A DNA stretch of 64,000 nucleotides. Origin: the human T2T-CHM13v2.0 reference genome, Homo sapiens. A program made the position numbers and the translations under genes. The notes beneath the pieces were generated by a model. It was not told the origin of the DNA, did no database searches, and worked only from the letters and a program-made list of their open reading frames with translations. Location: assembly GCF_009914755.1 (NCBI RefSeq), contig NC_060936.1; one strand, written 5' to 3'. Positions 28,501 to 43,543 of the stretch are shown in pieces (the stretch's first letter is position 1; each line of letters starts with the position of its first letter).

Positions 28501-30696
28501 GCAGTGGCGTGATCTCAGTTTACTGTGAAACAGTAATTTTTTAAATTGCCAACAAAAAGAAAGTCCAGGACCAGATGGTTTCACAGCTGGACTGAAAACT
28601 GAACTAAACGGGGAAAAGTTGGAAGCATTGCCCCTGAGAACTGGAACAAGACAAGAATGACCCATTTTCACCACTTCTATTCAACATAGTACTGGAAGTC
28701 CTAGCCAGAGCAATGAGACAAGAAAAAGAAACAAAAGTCATCAAACTGGTAAAGAGGAAGTAAAACTGTCACTGTTCGCGGTTGTTATGATCATATACCA
28801 AGAAAACCCTAAAGGTCCATCCAAAAAGCTCCTAAATCTGATAAATAAATTCAGTAAAATTTCAGGATACAAAATCAATGTACACAAATCAGTAGCACTG
28901 CTATACACCAACAAGAACCAAGCTGAGAATCAAATCAAGAACTCAACTCCTTTTACAACACTTGCAAAAAAAAAATAAAATGCTTAGGAATATACAGAAC
29001 CAGGTGAAAAATCTCTACAAGGAAAATTACAAAACACTGCTGAAAGATATCATCAATGACACAAACAAATGGAAATACATCCCATGCTCATAGATGGGTA
29101 CAATCAATATTGTGAAAATGACCATACTGCCAAAAGCAATATATTGCTTTGATGATGCAAAGCATCATATTGCTTTTGGCAGTATGGTCAAAATTGCTGC
29201 AGATTCAATGCAATTCCCATCAAAGTACCATCATCATTCTTCACAGAACAAGAAAAAAAAACATAAAATTCATATAGAACCAAAAAAGAGCCTGCATGGC
29301 CAAAACAAGGCTAAGCAAAAAGAACAAATCTGGAGGCATCACATTACTCAACTTCAAACTATACTAAAAGGCTATCGTTGCCAAAACAGCATGGTACTGG
29401 TATAAAAATACACTTAGACCAATGGAACAGAATAGAGAACCCAGAAATAAAGCCAAATACTTAGGGCCAACCGATCTTCAACAAAGCAAACAAAACATAA
29501 AGTGGGGAAAGGACACCCTATTCAACAAACGCTGCTGGGATAACTGGCAAGCCACATGTAGAAGAATGAAATGGGATCCTCATCTCTCACCTTATATGAA
29601 ACTCATCTCAAGGTGGATCAAAGACTTAAATCTAAGGCCCAAAACCATAAAAATTCTAGAAGATAATGTTGGGAAAACTCTTCTAGACATCTGCTTAGGC
29701 AAAGAGTTTCTGACCAGGAACCCCAAAACAAATGCAACAAAAACAAAAATAAATAGACTTCTGCCCAGCAAAAGAAATAATCAGCAGAGTAAACAGCCCA
29801 CAGAATGGGAGAAAATATTCACAAACTATGCGTCTGACAAAGGACTAATATCCAGAATCTATAAGGAGCTCAAATATGCAAGAAAAAAAAAACAAATAAT
29901 CCCATCAAAAAGTGGGCAAAGAACATGAAAACATAATAGATATATAATCAACAAACATGAAAAATACTCAACATCATTAATTATTAGGGAAATGCAAATT
30001 GAAACCACGGTGAGATACCACCTTACTTCTGAGATAATGGCCATTACTTAAATACCAAAAAATAATAGATGTTGGCATGGATGTGGTGACACTTTTACAT
30101 TGCTGGTGGGAATGTACACTAGAACAACCACTTTGGAAAACACTATGGAGATTCCTTAAAAAACTGAAAGTAGAACTACCGTTTGTTCCAGCAGTCCCAA
30201 TACTGGGTATCTACCCAGAGAAAAAGAAGTCATTTCATGAAAAAGACACTTGCATGCTTATAGCAGTATAATTCACAATTGCTAAAATATGGAATCAGCC
30301 TAAATGCCCATCAATCAATGAGTGAATGAAGAAAATGTGGTATATATACACCATGGAATAAAAAGGAATGAAATAATGGCATTCACAGCAATGAATGGAG
30401 TTGGAGACCATTAGTCTAAGTGCAGTAGCTCAGGGATGGAAAACCAAATATCATATGTTTTCACTTATAAGTTGGAGCTAAGCTGTGAGGACACAAAGGC
30501 ATAGGAATGACATAATTTGGAAACTCGGAGGAAACAGTGGGAGGGGTGAGGGATAAAAGACTACACATTGGGTACAGTGTACACTGCTCAGGTGACGGGT
30601 GCACCGAAATCTCAGAAATTACCACTAAAGAACTTATCCATGTAACCAAAAATCACCTGTTCCCCAAAAACTATTGAAATAAAATTTAAAAATTTT
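25525..30696 (+). mobile_element. L1PB1-like element, both ends present, internal deletions
   Basis: 5' gacaagatggcagatag; ORF1 remnant (PIRLTADFSAETLQ); ORF2 remnants; L1PB 3' UTR; 18-bp TSD TAAAAGAATAAAYGAYAA at 25504-25521 and 30697-30714. Confidence 0.9.
28449..28525 (-). mobile_element. Severely 5'-truncated Alu inside L1PB
   Basis: ~60 bp Alu 3' end; TSD TGAAACAGTAAT at 28436 and 28526. Confidence 0.85.
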
Positions 30697-30779
30697 TAAA
30701 AGAATAAATGACAAAAGACACATTAAATTTAAGCTGTCTTTCTCTTAGGCGCTACTTTGTAAACCTATCCAAAAGAGCA

Positions 30780-31420
30780 TGTGTGAGAATGTAATATAGT
30801 ATAACCACTTTAGAAAAAAATTGGCAGTTCCTCTAAATGTTCAGTGTAGATATGACCCAGCAATTGCATTCCTAGGTATCTGTCTACTCAAGATAATTGA
30901 AACATATGTCTACCTAAAAACTTAAACACTAATGTTTATAGCAGCATTATTCATAATAGCCTAAAAGCAGAAACCTCATTGCCCATCAAATAATGAATAG
31001 ATTAACAAAATGTGGTATGTCCATATAATTGAATACTATTTGTCAATAAAAACTAATGAAATACTGATCCACAACACGAATAAACCTTAGAAACAGTATG
31101 CTAAGTGAAATAGGCAGACACAAATAAACATACATTGTATGAACCCATTTATCAAATGAGTCCAAATTAGTTAAGTCTATGGAGACAGAAAGTAATTTAG
31201 TGGTTTCCAGGAGCTAGTGGCAGAGGAGGTAGGGTAAAAGAAAGAGAGCTGTAGCCAATGGATAGAAGATTTCTTTTGGGGCGATGAAAAATGTTCTAAA
31301 ATTAGATTATGGTGATGGTTGTGCAACTCTGTAAACACAGTAAAAACTAATTGTACACTTTAAACAAGTGAATCTTATTGTATATAAAGTATATATCAAT
31401 AAGACTGTTAAAAATTGCTT
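30780..31420 (+). mobile_element. Old L1 (L1MC/ME-type) 3' fragment
   Basis: gatatgacccagcaattgcattcctaggt...aatgttctaaaattagattatggtgatggttgtgcaactct. Confidence 0.75.
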
Positions 31421-32064
31421 TAAAAACAGCATGTTTGCTTCCTACCTTGACCAAGAGGAGACTAGCAACAACAGCAAAGGTGTTTCATCCCTATCTTTAG
31501 CAACATTTGCACTTTTCGTCAGCCCTCTGCTAAACGCATCATTCACTACCAGCAGAGGGAGCTAAAATGATAGTGTTAACCAATCTCTGCTCCCAATCAC
31601 GCATCCTGTGAAGACAGTAAAAGACTATTTTCAAATTTAAAGAAAATTAGGGACAGTTGAGTTTGTCCCTACTTATTTCTACTTATCAAAAGGATTGAAA
31701 AGTTGATGTGACTATTCGTCTCTTTAAAACAAGTTCATATTGATCTACTTATACATCACAGCTTCTTGATTGCACAATATTCTCCATAAGAATATCTAGA
31801 TATAATGTGATAGAATTCGACATTTGACCAAATCCTTTTGTTCTCTTTCCTTATCACTTGCTTTTTAGACAGTCAATAAAATGCAGCAAAACAAAAAATT
31901 TACATCCTCCCATGAAACCTAATCATTACATACATGCATCTCCCAGCTTTACCCCTGCTCCAGGATCAACCAATTTGTAATGTCATTACAGTGCTTAGGA
32001 TATTACTGCAAAATAAACATTGGCTATTTTTGTTATATCCCAGGTTGATAAAACAGCTTATGAA

Positions 32065-32680
32065 AGGGCATTCATTTATTCTAGAAATGTTATTGAATGT
32101 CTTTTATGTTACCAGGCAGTGGTGAAAAAAAGCAGATATAGAAAGTGCCCTTGTGTGACTTACATTTATATGGGGAGGGGTCTTGATATAGAATAAACAT
32201 ACGAATAAAATGGAACACCAAATTGTAATAAACACTTTGAAGGAAAGGCAGAAAATAATTAGAGAAATTATAACAGGGGCTGGGGGGACCTAATTTAGAT
32301 TGGGTGGTCAGGGAAGGTCTTTGAGGAGGAAGCACTTACCCCTAAGAATGGAGAAGATAATATTCTAGGCAGGGGAAATAGTATTCCGTGAGCCTTGAGG
32401 AAGGAAAAGACTAAAGGAACTTCAAGAAAGCCTGGGGCCTGTGATGAAAAATGGTACTGGCTGAGGTTGAAGAGTAGGGAGAGGGCCAGACCAGGTCAGA
32501 CCCTGTAGGCCATGTTAAGGGATTGATATTCTATATTAAATGTAATGTGGAGCCACTGAAGAATTTTGAACCCATACGTGGGTTATCATTGTTGCATGTC
32601 TAATAAACCATTCTGGCCCTAGAGTAGAAGCTTGATCAAAGAGGCTCAAAAGTAAATGTGAAAAGGGCATGCTAATGTAA
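32065..32680 (-). mobile_element. LINE-2 fragment
   Basis: gggtggtcagggaaggtct...ccctgtaggccatgttaagg...ggagccactgaagaattttgaa. Confidence 0.7.
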
Positions 32681-34053
32681 GGAAATCAACAATTTTTTGT
32701 GAATTGAATGTGAGATTCAGGAGGGTTGGGAAATTGTGGAAGTCATTCTAGAAAATCAATGACACAGTCCCCAGCCTATTTCAGGGCAGGCTCCAGAATT
32801 CATGGCACAGTCTGTGTTCATTCCATTTCCCTGCTAACACCACTCCTAGCTACATCCTCAAAAAAGGATCAGCAACTATGAAGAGCATAGCCAAGCAACA
32901 GTAATTCTGCTTTTCCCTCTCTCAGGTTATGTAGAATCAATCCTAAAAAAGAAAAATAATAACAAACTACTCGCATGCTTCCCTGAGAAAACACGCCTAA
33001 TTTAAAAATATATACGTGCTTTCCTAAAACTGTGGGCCCCTGTTGCTCCAGCTGTTAGAGTTACAATGGTGCATCAAATGAGGGTAATCAATTTAACACA
33101 GATGAGTAAAGATATAATATTTCAAGCTGAGCATTGGAATTAACTAAATTTACATGCATGTTGTAGTGGAAAAAGCAGGGAATGTAATTTCAGAGGACAT
33201 GGGGTCAATCCTTACTCAACCACTTACAAGCTCTGTGACTTCAGGCAATTTACTCAACTTCTTTAAACCTCCAGGTCCCTGTGTGTAAAATGTAGATAAT
33301 AATAATGTCCACCACACAGAAAGGTTATGAACATGAAATGAGTATGTTAAATGTTCAATGGCTTTTCGATGTAATTATTTTAAGAATATACTTCCAAAAA
33401 TGTAATCAAGTTCCTCAAAATAAATTTCTATTAAAAATAGAAATCATTCTAGAAAATAGCATTTTCCTTAATAACATTTAACTTGATTGAACATATTAAT
33501 CTAATTTAATAAATTGAAACATGTTAGGTAGTTCTCTGCATCAAAAAAGTACCATACAAACAACTATAAAGGAACTAGTTATAACTTTTCATTATTGTAG
33601 AAGTGCTAGATATCAGGAAAATAAAGGGACATGAAATAAATGGAATGTAAAAAATACCACCTTAGGTTCTAAAGAATGAGACTACTTATTTCCAAAGGCA
33701 TATCAATATACCCTGGAAACAAAATAATCATTCAGTGTAAAAGCATTATGAAAATATTTCCAGTATCTCAGTTCCATCACTTACTCATTATGTGACTTTA
33801 CACACTTAAAAGTCTATAAACGTCAACTTCCTCATTTATGAAATGGAGATAATTGAACCTAATTCATAGGTTGATTGTGAAAAGTCAAATAAAATTGTAC
33901 TTGTAAAGCACTTTAACACAGTCCCTGACACAAGTAGGTACTGAATAAATGTCAGTTGTCATTGATATTATTGTTGTTGTCTCAATATCTGAAAGTATGT
34001 TCTAGGTTTTTTGCTTAGAGAATATTTTGGGGTGTTTATTTCAGATATTTTCA

Positions 34054-35700
<1,647 letters not shown>

Positions 35701-35859
35701 ATGACGAAGGAAAGCCAAAAATAGATGTTAATTGACCTCCTAAACATTGTTAAAGCCTTAAGCCTTCTGGCACTTAAGTAGTTCAATTTTAAACTTAAAC
35801 AATATTTTAATGTGCCTGTGAAACAAAATCTAGTATAGCACACATAATAGTTGGTCCCA

Positions 35860-35977
35860 AGCCAGGTGCAGTGGCACCCACCTGTAGTCCCAGCTACTCA
35901 GAAGGCTGAGGTGGATCGCTTGAGCCGAGGAGTTTGAGTCCAGCCTGAGAAACATAGTGAGACCCAGTCTCTAAAAA
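35860..35977 (+). mobile_element. FLAM-like Alu monomer
   Basis: Single monomer. Confidence 0.75.
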
Positions 35978-35993
35978 TTTTTTTAACAAAAAT

Positions 35994-37311
35994 ACTGGCC
36001 CAGATCCCATACTTGCTAAAGGTAAGCCAGGCACAGAGCAGTGAGAGGTGTGTGGGCAAGCGAACACAGGGTCTGGCCACTGCACACAGCCAGTCACACT
36101 GGCTGTTGCAGTGGGGCGGGCAGCTCCAGGCACCAGCACAGGTGCTGGCTCTGTGCAAGGCTGTGGCTGGAAGAGATGTACTGCACACATCCACTGCAGT
36201 CACTCGTGTCTGGATGGGTGGAACACCATGGCACCCAGAAGCTTGGAGATGCCAGGAACTGCAGAGCCCCAAAGAGGGTGTCACAGCTCTGGCTCAGGGA
36301 GCCCCTAGGTCTGGGTTCCCCAAAAGGCCATAGTTCTTCTGTTTTTCTCATCACCCACAATATGGCAAGAGGCATGTGGGGGTGTTTTTCAGGCCTGTTG
36401 TGTTATAGCTATTTCAGTCCTGTCATTCAGTAGGTCCTGAGTTCTTGTCCCATGTCCAGAAAGAACAAGGTACACAGACAACTGGAGGGCAAGGAAGGCA
36501 GAGAGGAGCATCACTGAGCAATGGAACAGCTCTCAGGACACCCACAGTGGGTAGCTCCTTTCCATAGGCAAGTCATCTTGACATCTGTTCAAGTCTAGCT
36601 GAGTCTAGGGTTTTTATGGGCTCAGAAGGGAGGAAGTACATGCTGATTGGTCCATGGGTGGCCATGAGCAGGCCCAGAAGAACCAGCAGCCCAGCCCCAG
36701 GCTTCAGGCAGTCACTGGCTTGAAGGTGCAGTTTCACTAGGGACCCACCCTTTTCTGTCCAGATGTCTGCCTGCCCTCATTAACATGCTGTCCACCATGC
36801 CCAGGCTGCTCACAACAAGGGGCACCTGCAGGCCCATGCAGAGCAGTTCTCAGTTGCCCTGACATCCCTCCCTGAGCTCATTGTTGCCCAAATCTTCAAA
36901 CGGGGGCCAAGGTGGCAGGGGGCTGGTGTGTCAGTGCCACCCAAGCATGTGCACACCTGGCTGGGTCATGACAGCACCCAGGCTCGGCTTCAACTTTGCC
37001 CAGAAATCAGAGCAGGCACCAGGAGTGGGGAGAGGCCACAGAGTGGGAGCAGGCACTTCCAAGCCTACAGGGGCAGGGGGGCTTCCCAGGCCCCTGAGAG
37101 TTCAGAGATGACCAGGTCCAGAGCTGCAGCTGGTTGCCTCAGATGTGCCCAGGAACGCAGGGCTCCCACCACTTTAACTTGTTAACGGGCAGGCTCCCAC
37201 CTGTTCCCAGCCCCTGCCAGCTCTGTGGAGTGCACAGCCTCAGCCACACTGTCCCCTGCTGCAGCTGGCATCCCCACAGTGGCTGCTCCAAATGGGCCAC
37301 CACTGCCATCA
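35994..37311 (-). mobile_element. MER52-family ERV1 LTR, 3' end apparently missing
   Basis: Minus strand begins TGATGGCAGTGGTGGCCCATTTGGAGCAGCC; GC-rich with heavy CpG decay; explains the ORF cluster at 35.9-37.3 kb. Confidence 0.8.
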
Positions 37312-37978
37312 ATTTCATATATGGACAAATCAACAGTATAAACAAAAATTAGAAATCCACGTTTGTGTTGTTACCAATTGAATGTCCACAGTGAATTGGC
37401 ACTGGAGTGCTCACTCAAGAGGTTTTTTTTTTTTTAACACTCTATGGAAAACATTGATTTTGCTCTGAAAAGTCTTCAACTTAATAAATATTTAAGGAAG
37501 TCGAGCTAATTAATATAGCAACCTGCCTATATGTTGGAGATGACACACACCTTCTATGACACTCAAAGCAGCCTTGAAATTGAGATGCCAAAACCCATGA
37601 TGGGCCCCACCCCCATTTAGCAATATGATCTCTTGATCCATTTTCTTTGCTTGCACAAGAATAAACCTCAACCAACAAGCTGTTGCCACAATTATACAAC
37701 CTCACAAGTAAAGGAAAAATGGAGAGAAAAATGCCTAAAGAAAAAAGGCAGATAAAAAGTAAAACTGCATCCCACTAATTGAGAAAGATAATAATTTTAT
37801 TAGTGTTCAGAATAACTTTATCTATCTATGAAAAGAAGAATTGCTAAACAAATAAGTAGAAAAAAAACCATTCTAAGGAATGTGGCTCATTTGTGCATGC
37901 CACTTTATTTTCTCATTGGTAAATTTTGTTTCCAAAAAAGATCATTCGTGAAACTTAGTACAGTTGGTAAATATATAC

Positions 37979-38016
37979 TGTGTGTTTGTGTGCATGTGTG
38001 TGTGTGTGTGTGTGTG
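37979..38016. repeat. (TG)n microsatellite
   Basis: Directly visible. Confidence 0.9.
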
Positions 38017-38589
38017 TTATCAAGGCCTGCCACTCCCACTAGACCAAAAGCTCCAGGAGGTCAGGAACCATTTCTATTTTCCTAGTCAGTATATCTTCAG
38101 CATGAAACACAGTGCCTAGCCCAGAGTAAGTTCTCAATAAATATTTGGCCAATGAATAAATAAATGTCCCTTTTCTAGCACTCTCTGTGCCTAGCATAGT
38201 TTAAATCTGTAGTACTGGTCAATAGATTGTTAACGAATTGCATTAAGAGAATAGTCTTGAGGAAGGTGGTTTTAGAATTAGGAGTTTATTAATTAAACTA
38301 CTGAAACAATAATTATAAGTCATTTGTAACTATTCCCTCAGGCATGTGCTTAATTTGACACTATGTTGTTACATGCCTGCTTCATACGAACATTGATATA
38401 CCTTTCAACTGAGAAAATACCTGTAGTATTTGACACCATCTACCTGTCCTCCTGGCCACAGCCTTTCTGGGCTTCTTTCTAATACCCTTTTGTAACTACT
38501 CCTCTTTGGTCCTGCAAACTCCTCTTCCTGGTCTGTCCCCTTATTATTGATATTTCTCAGGTTGGTCTTCTTTCTCTCTTCTGTCAGGG

Positions 38590-38835
38590 AAGCAGCATAA
38601 AATAGGGTTTATCAACATGCGTTTAGAGTCAGCCTGCTTGAGGTTAAATCCCAAATTTAAAACTCTCTAGCTGTGTGATCTTAGGCCTCATTTTCCTCAT
38701 GTATAAGATAGGGTATCTATAAAATGTAGATGTTAATAATACCTAACCCATGGGGTTGTGAGGATTAAATGAGCTAATACTTGTAAAGTTCTTCAAACAG
38801 TGCCTGATACATATTTAGTGCTCAATAAATGTTGG
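38590..38835 (+). mobile_element. MIR, near full length, within L2 fragments (other MIR pieces near 8700, 9120, 15510, 33170, 33780, 40580, 42020, 45070, 46200, 62120)
   Basis: ctagctgtgtgatcttagg...ttgtgaggattaaatgagctaatac...cagtgcctgatacat...ctcaataaatgtt. Confidence 0.8.
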
Positions 38836-40479
38836 ATATTTATCTATAACCTCTTCCTCTGATATTTCATCAGTTCTCACACTACATCCATCACCTCTTA
38901 ATATCAATGTCAATCATGACCACTTCACTAACCAAAATTCCCAAGTGCAAGGACATCTATCCTTGCCCTCTCTCTAATGCACCTGAATACCCAGCTGAGT
39001 CCAAACCACTCAAACTCAACACACAAATCTCGACTCTTCTTCCCGAAATATCCTCATTTTTAATAGCACCACCTTTCTTCTAACCAGCCCACTTGGAAAT
39101 TTTCATTATTGTATTCTTCTAGCTGGCATAGCCAGCTAGAAGCATGTGCTGAATCCGTAAGTATGTGCAAAATCAGTGGTTTCTTGGTCACTTTCTCCCT
39201 TCAATCAGTTCCAGACCCTGCTGCCAGAGGAATCCTTCTAAGACATAGTTTTAATCAAGTTTCCCATTTATCTACAAAGCATGTGAACTTAATGCAATCT
39301 TCTCCAAAAGCCCAAGAGTTAACCACATTGTATTAGTTAAAATTTTCAATGGATTCTAAGCTTTTCTGCCATCATCCTCTTGCTCACACTGTCCCCTGCT
39401 CCTAAATGTCTTTCTCCAATGTCAAATTGTTGCCAATCATTTAAGACCCATCTCGGATGCAGCCTGCTCCATAAAACCTTCCCTGATTCCATCAGTAGGA
39501 TGTACTTCCCCTTGCCTCCAAACTCCTATAACTCTTTGAACCGTTCCTAATGAGTTTCTCATATGCTACACGTTAGTATGGTTATTTGCCTAAACTTTGA
39601 ATCTTCCTTGCCAGATTGAGAAGTCACATAATGTATAGGACGGAGCCAAATTTACTATATATTTAGGAATGTCTTTCAAGTTCTCTGAGCCTCAATTTCC
39701 TCAAGTTCTCTGAGCATCAACTTCCTTATATATAGTATGGGGAGAATAAAAGCTCATGAAGACATAAAAACTGGTGTTTACAAAGACATTTGATGATAAG
39801 GGAAAATATTTTTCCCATTATAAGTGAAAAATTATCACAATTAGGTAAAAATATATAAGACACTAAAAAGATTGAAAGAAAACAGAAGAAAAATATTAAC
39901 AGTAATTATCTTCGAGTGGTGGATTGCAGATGATTTTCATTTTGTTCTATGGTTGCTTGCTTTCCAATGTTTCTACAACTCACTTGTATTCCTCTTGTAA
40001 CTGACCCATCAAACAAACATTTATAGAATACCTTCAGAGACTATACTATGATCTGATGATACAAAAAATAAGAAAAAGCCAGTTTATAAAAGGTTTTTAT
40101 AAAAGGAAACATTTTAAAAATACTAGTGTGATATATGGCTCTCAGTAGCATCCAAAAAAAGGAAAAAAGACATTTCTGCCTTCAAAATGCATCAAATTTC
40201 AGTCATAATGTGACTGGAAAAAGCTTAAGTAGAATAAAGAACCTAGGAAATCACCTGCCAAAAATATATGCCATCACAAGTTGTTAGGATACTGACACAG
40301 CTCCTGAGTTTTGGGTTTTTAGAGCCAAAACTGGTCTACCACTGGGAGAGAAAAACACGAATATAGAGACAATTGCATCAAGTCTGTGATCAAGAATTTA
40401 TGTCTGGCTCAAATCCAAAAATCCGTGTCAAGAAAGATTTGAAGCTGCAAAGGTACATGTTATAGTCAGCACCCTTCAT

Positions 40480-41665
40480 TATTTTAGAAACTCTTCTCAA
40501 CTGCAAACTTGACATGTCCAAAGCTAGATTTATTGTCTTCTTTTCAAAGCCTGCTCTCCTTCCAGGTCTTAAAAACGTGGCTTGAGTCAAGTAGAGACCA
40601 CACATTCAATGTTAACTGTGCCATTTATTGGCAGAGTGACTTTGGAAAGTTATTTGATTTCTCTGAGCCTTGTTTTCTCTTTACAAAAAGAGGATGATTA
40701 TATTTATCCTACAGGGTTCTTGAGAGAAATAAATGGGGAAAAATGTATTTAAGGTACTTAGCATAGTACCTGGCAAAAATAAGGACTCAGAAATGGTAAT
40801 TATTTTGCAGGAAATAGTCACAGCCTACCCAACCTCCCAGGCTAAAGGCAATGGAGACATTACAGCCATTCTGTGCCCTGTGTGTACCACAATCACCAAA
40901 TCCTGCCAATTCTGCCCCTGAAATATCTCCAAATTCTAACACATGCCTCCTCTCATGTCTACTGTTACATATAGCATTATACATTTTACATTATACATAC
41001 ATTATAGCATTTCTCACCTCTTGATCAAATCAGTAATACATCCTGACTCCTGCTTCTACCACTCATTTCTGACTTCTCCCACAGTTTCCCCATACTGACA
41101 CCAGAGTTCTACTTTCTCAGAGATAAAATAAGACTATGCCACTCCCCTGCGTAAAGATGCCCTGGCCTCCTGTTGCACCCAGAACCAAGTCCAAGCTTAA
41201 TAACACAGCATACAGCACCATGTTAACAACCCCTCTGCCTTAGCATATCTTTTCAGGTTCACCTTATGCCAGTCTCCCAAGACTCACACATGTTTACCCT
41301 AAGCTACAGCCATGCTAATTAATCATTATCTAAAAATTATATTTTGTCTCCATCCAACTCCTAGGAATGCACTACTATTCCTCGTCACTTAACAAACTCC
41401 TGCTGATCTTTCGGGAACTCACTCTAAACAACACCTTTTCTATGAAACCTTTCTCTGAAGCAGAGTTAGTTTCACCTCCTTCTTTCCCTAACAGCATATG
41501 TTTTCATCCTGGTTATTGTGCAACATTTTAATTATTTGTTTTCCATGTCTCTTCTCAACTCAGCAGTGAACTGTTTGAAAGCAGGTTCCATATGTATTTA
41601 TTCCCACATTCCCAGTGCTTGGCATCTATTTGGATGGGCAATCAATGTCTTTGAATAAACGCATT
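40480..41665 (+). mobile_element. LINE-2 fragments interrupted by a MIR
   Basis: caaacttgacatgtccaaagc...atcaccaaatcctgccaattctgcc. Confidence 0.6.
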
Positions 41666-43214
41666 CTGGTTAAGATTGGGAACTGAAGCTTCACTAAAAC
41701 TGGAAACTGTGGCCTGTTAAATGTAACTCAGTAAGAATGTTTCACTAACAAATGTTCCCAACAGAGTTGGCCCCAAAATTTTGTGACATACTCTGCTTTC
41801 ATGAAATCATGATAAATGTTCAAAGTACTCATATCATTAGGAAAGAAGAAAGGAAGCAAGGAAGGAAGAGAGGAAGGAGAAAGGATCTATTTGTGTGTTT
41901 CTGTCCTCCCATTTCTGTAGAGTTGTAAAGACTCTCTTAAGGGGAAAACCCCTAAGGAAAAGAATGAAAAGTCCCTTATTGCTGTTATATAGTAAGTGTT
42001 ACTTCATGCGAAGCCCTTTAACACACATTAGCTTTCATTCTACTAACAGTTCTACAGACTTGGTGCAATTATCCTCATCTTGCAGATGAAGAAACTCAGA
42101 GATAAGTTTCTCCAAGTCTCATAGCTTATAAATGACTGAGTAGAGATTTGAATCCTGGCTTGTGGGAATCCAAAGGCTATATTGTGCTATTATGCCATAC
42201 TCCCCTTCTACTAGGTGACTCAGCCAATGACCCTCACCCCATCCCACCCATTTCCAGCAATCCTGAGGGGAAAATAGGGAGAAAATATGAGTGAGAAAAG
42301 CAGAAAAGATATGAGCAAAACAAATAAAGCTTGGTAAGAAAACAAAAGGGATCATCTCTTTAAAAATGTATTCAGACTTTTTTAAAAACAGCAATGAGAT
42401 TTATCTTGGCAAACTGCCCATCTAAAATCCATGCAAAAAAATCAATGAAACTTAAAATCAAAATGTTATTTCTTATTAAAGAACAATGAAAGCAAGCAGG
42501 GTCATTTTGTTAATCCACAAACATAATAATACTCGACAAAAGGTTTCTGTAAATTTTAATTGCGGTAATCTGGACAGTGTTTTACTATGACTCATGGACT
42601 AGAGCCGCAGTGTTTATGCAATATATTTTACCCTGCTTTATGAGATTGTAATCGCAGTGAAATGCTACTATACATACTCAATTAAAATACACCAGACTTA
42701 TCAAAATACAACATTTTGGGAAATAGCATGTTTTTTACTTATTTACTTTATAAATCCTGCATGTCCTTGGGATAAAATCCACAAAATTTATTCTTCTAGG
42801 TGAGCTTTATCATTCCATCTCCTTACTTTTACTATTTCTGCTCAACACTTCTGATTTTCTCTATTCTGAAATATGCTTACCCACTGTATTTATTCTCTAG
42901 CGTTTGAGAGAGTTAAGCCCTAACATATAGAATGCTTTATACTAGCCTTTTCACAAATGTTTGTCAAGAGTGGGAATACAGGGAGTTCTGCAAAGGGGAC
43001 TGTGCCCTGTACCTGTACTCTGCAAAGGGGACTGTGCCCAGTAATGGCTGCTCATCTCATCTGAGCTGGCTACTTCCTTTCTTCTCTCTCTAGGTTTTCC
43101 TCTCAATGACACTTTCCACCTTTTCCTCATACAATGAGTTCTGTTGCTTTTCTGTCTTCTTTTTCTTCAAAAAATAGTTTATTGGATAGGTATTCCATGG
43201 TTGGGTGATGTTTA

Positions 43215-43543
43215 CAGATCTACAATTCCTTAGCCAAAAACATCAGGGTGACAGATGTTACAGAATTAGGAATTTTGGAGGATTTTAGAAATAGAATATA
43301 TTAGGAGTGATATCCTATATATTACATAAAATCTTCAGTTGGGTTTGGGGAAATACCCTACAATCAAACACATCCATATTTCTGCAGCAACTTCAATGAA
43401 TATTTACATGACATGAGAGAAAGCTTATAAATAGATTCACATCAGTTCAGTTTAAATGATGCCACCAAATATGTTTCAAAAAAACCTTTCCCTTTTCAGA
43501 ACTCTTAGGATTTCAAAACTGCAGATGAAGGATTTTGGGTCTA
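43215..43543 (+). mobile_element. MER46C-like Tigger MITE
   Basis: TA-flanked, decayed terminal inverted repeats cagatctacaattccttagcc / gatgaaggattttgggtcta; internal aatcaaacaca...atatttctgcagc. Confidence 0.75.

Noticed and set aside
35894-37352. Dense cluster of overlapping ORFs
   Set aside because: GC-rich MER52 LTR sequence; no coding signature
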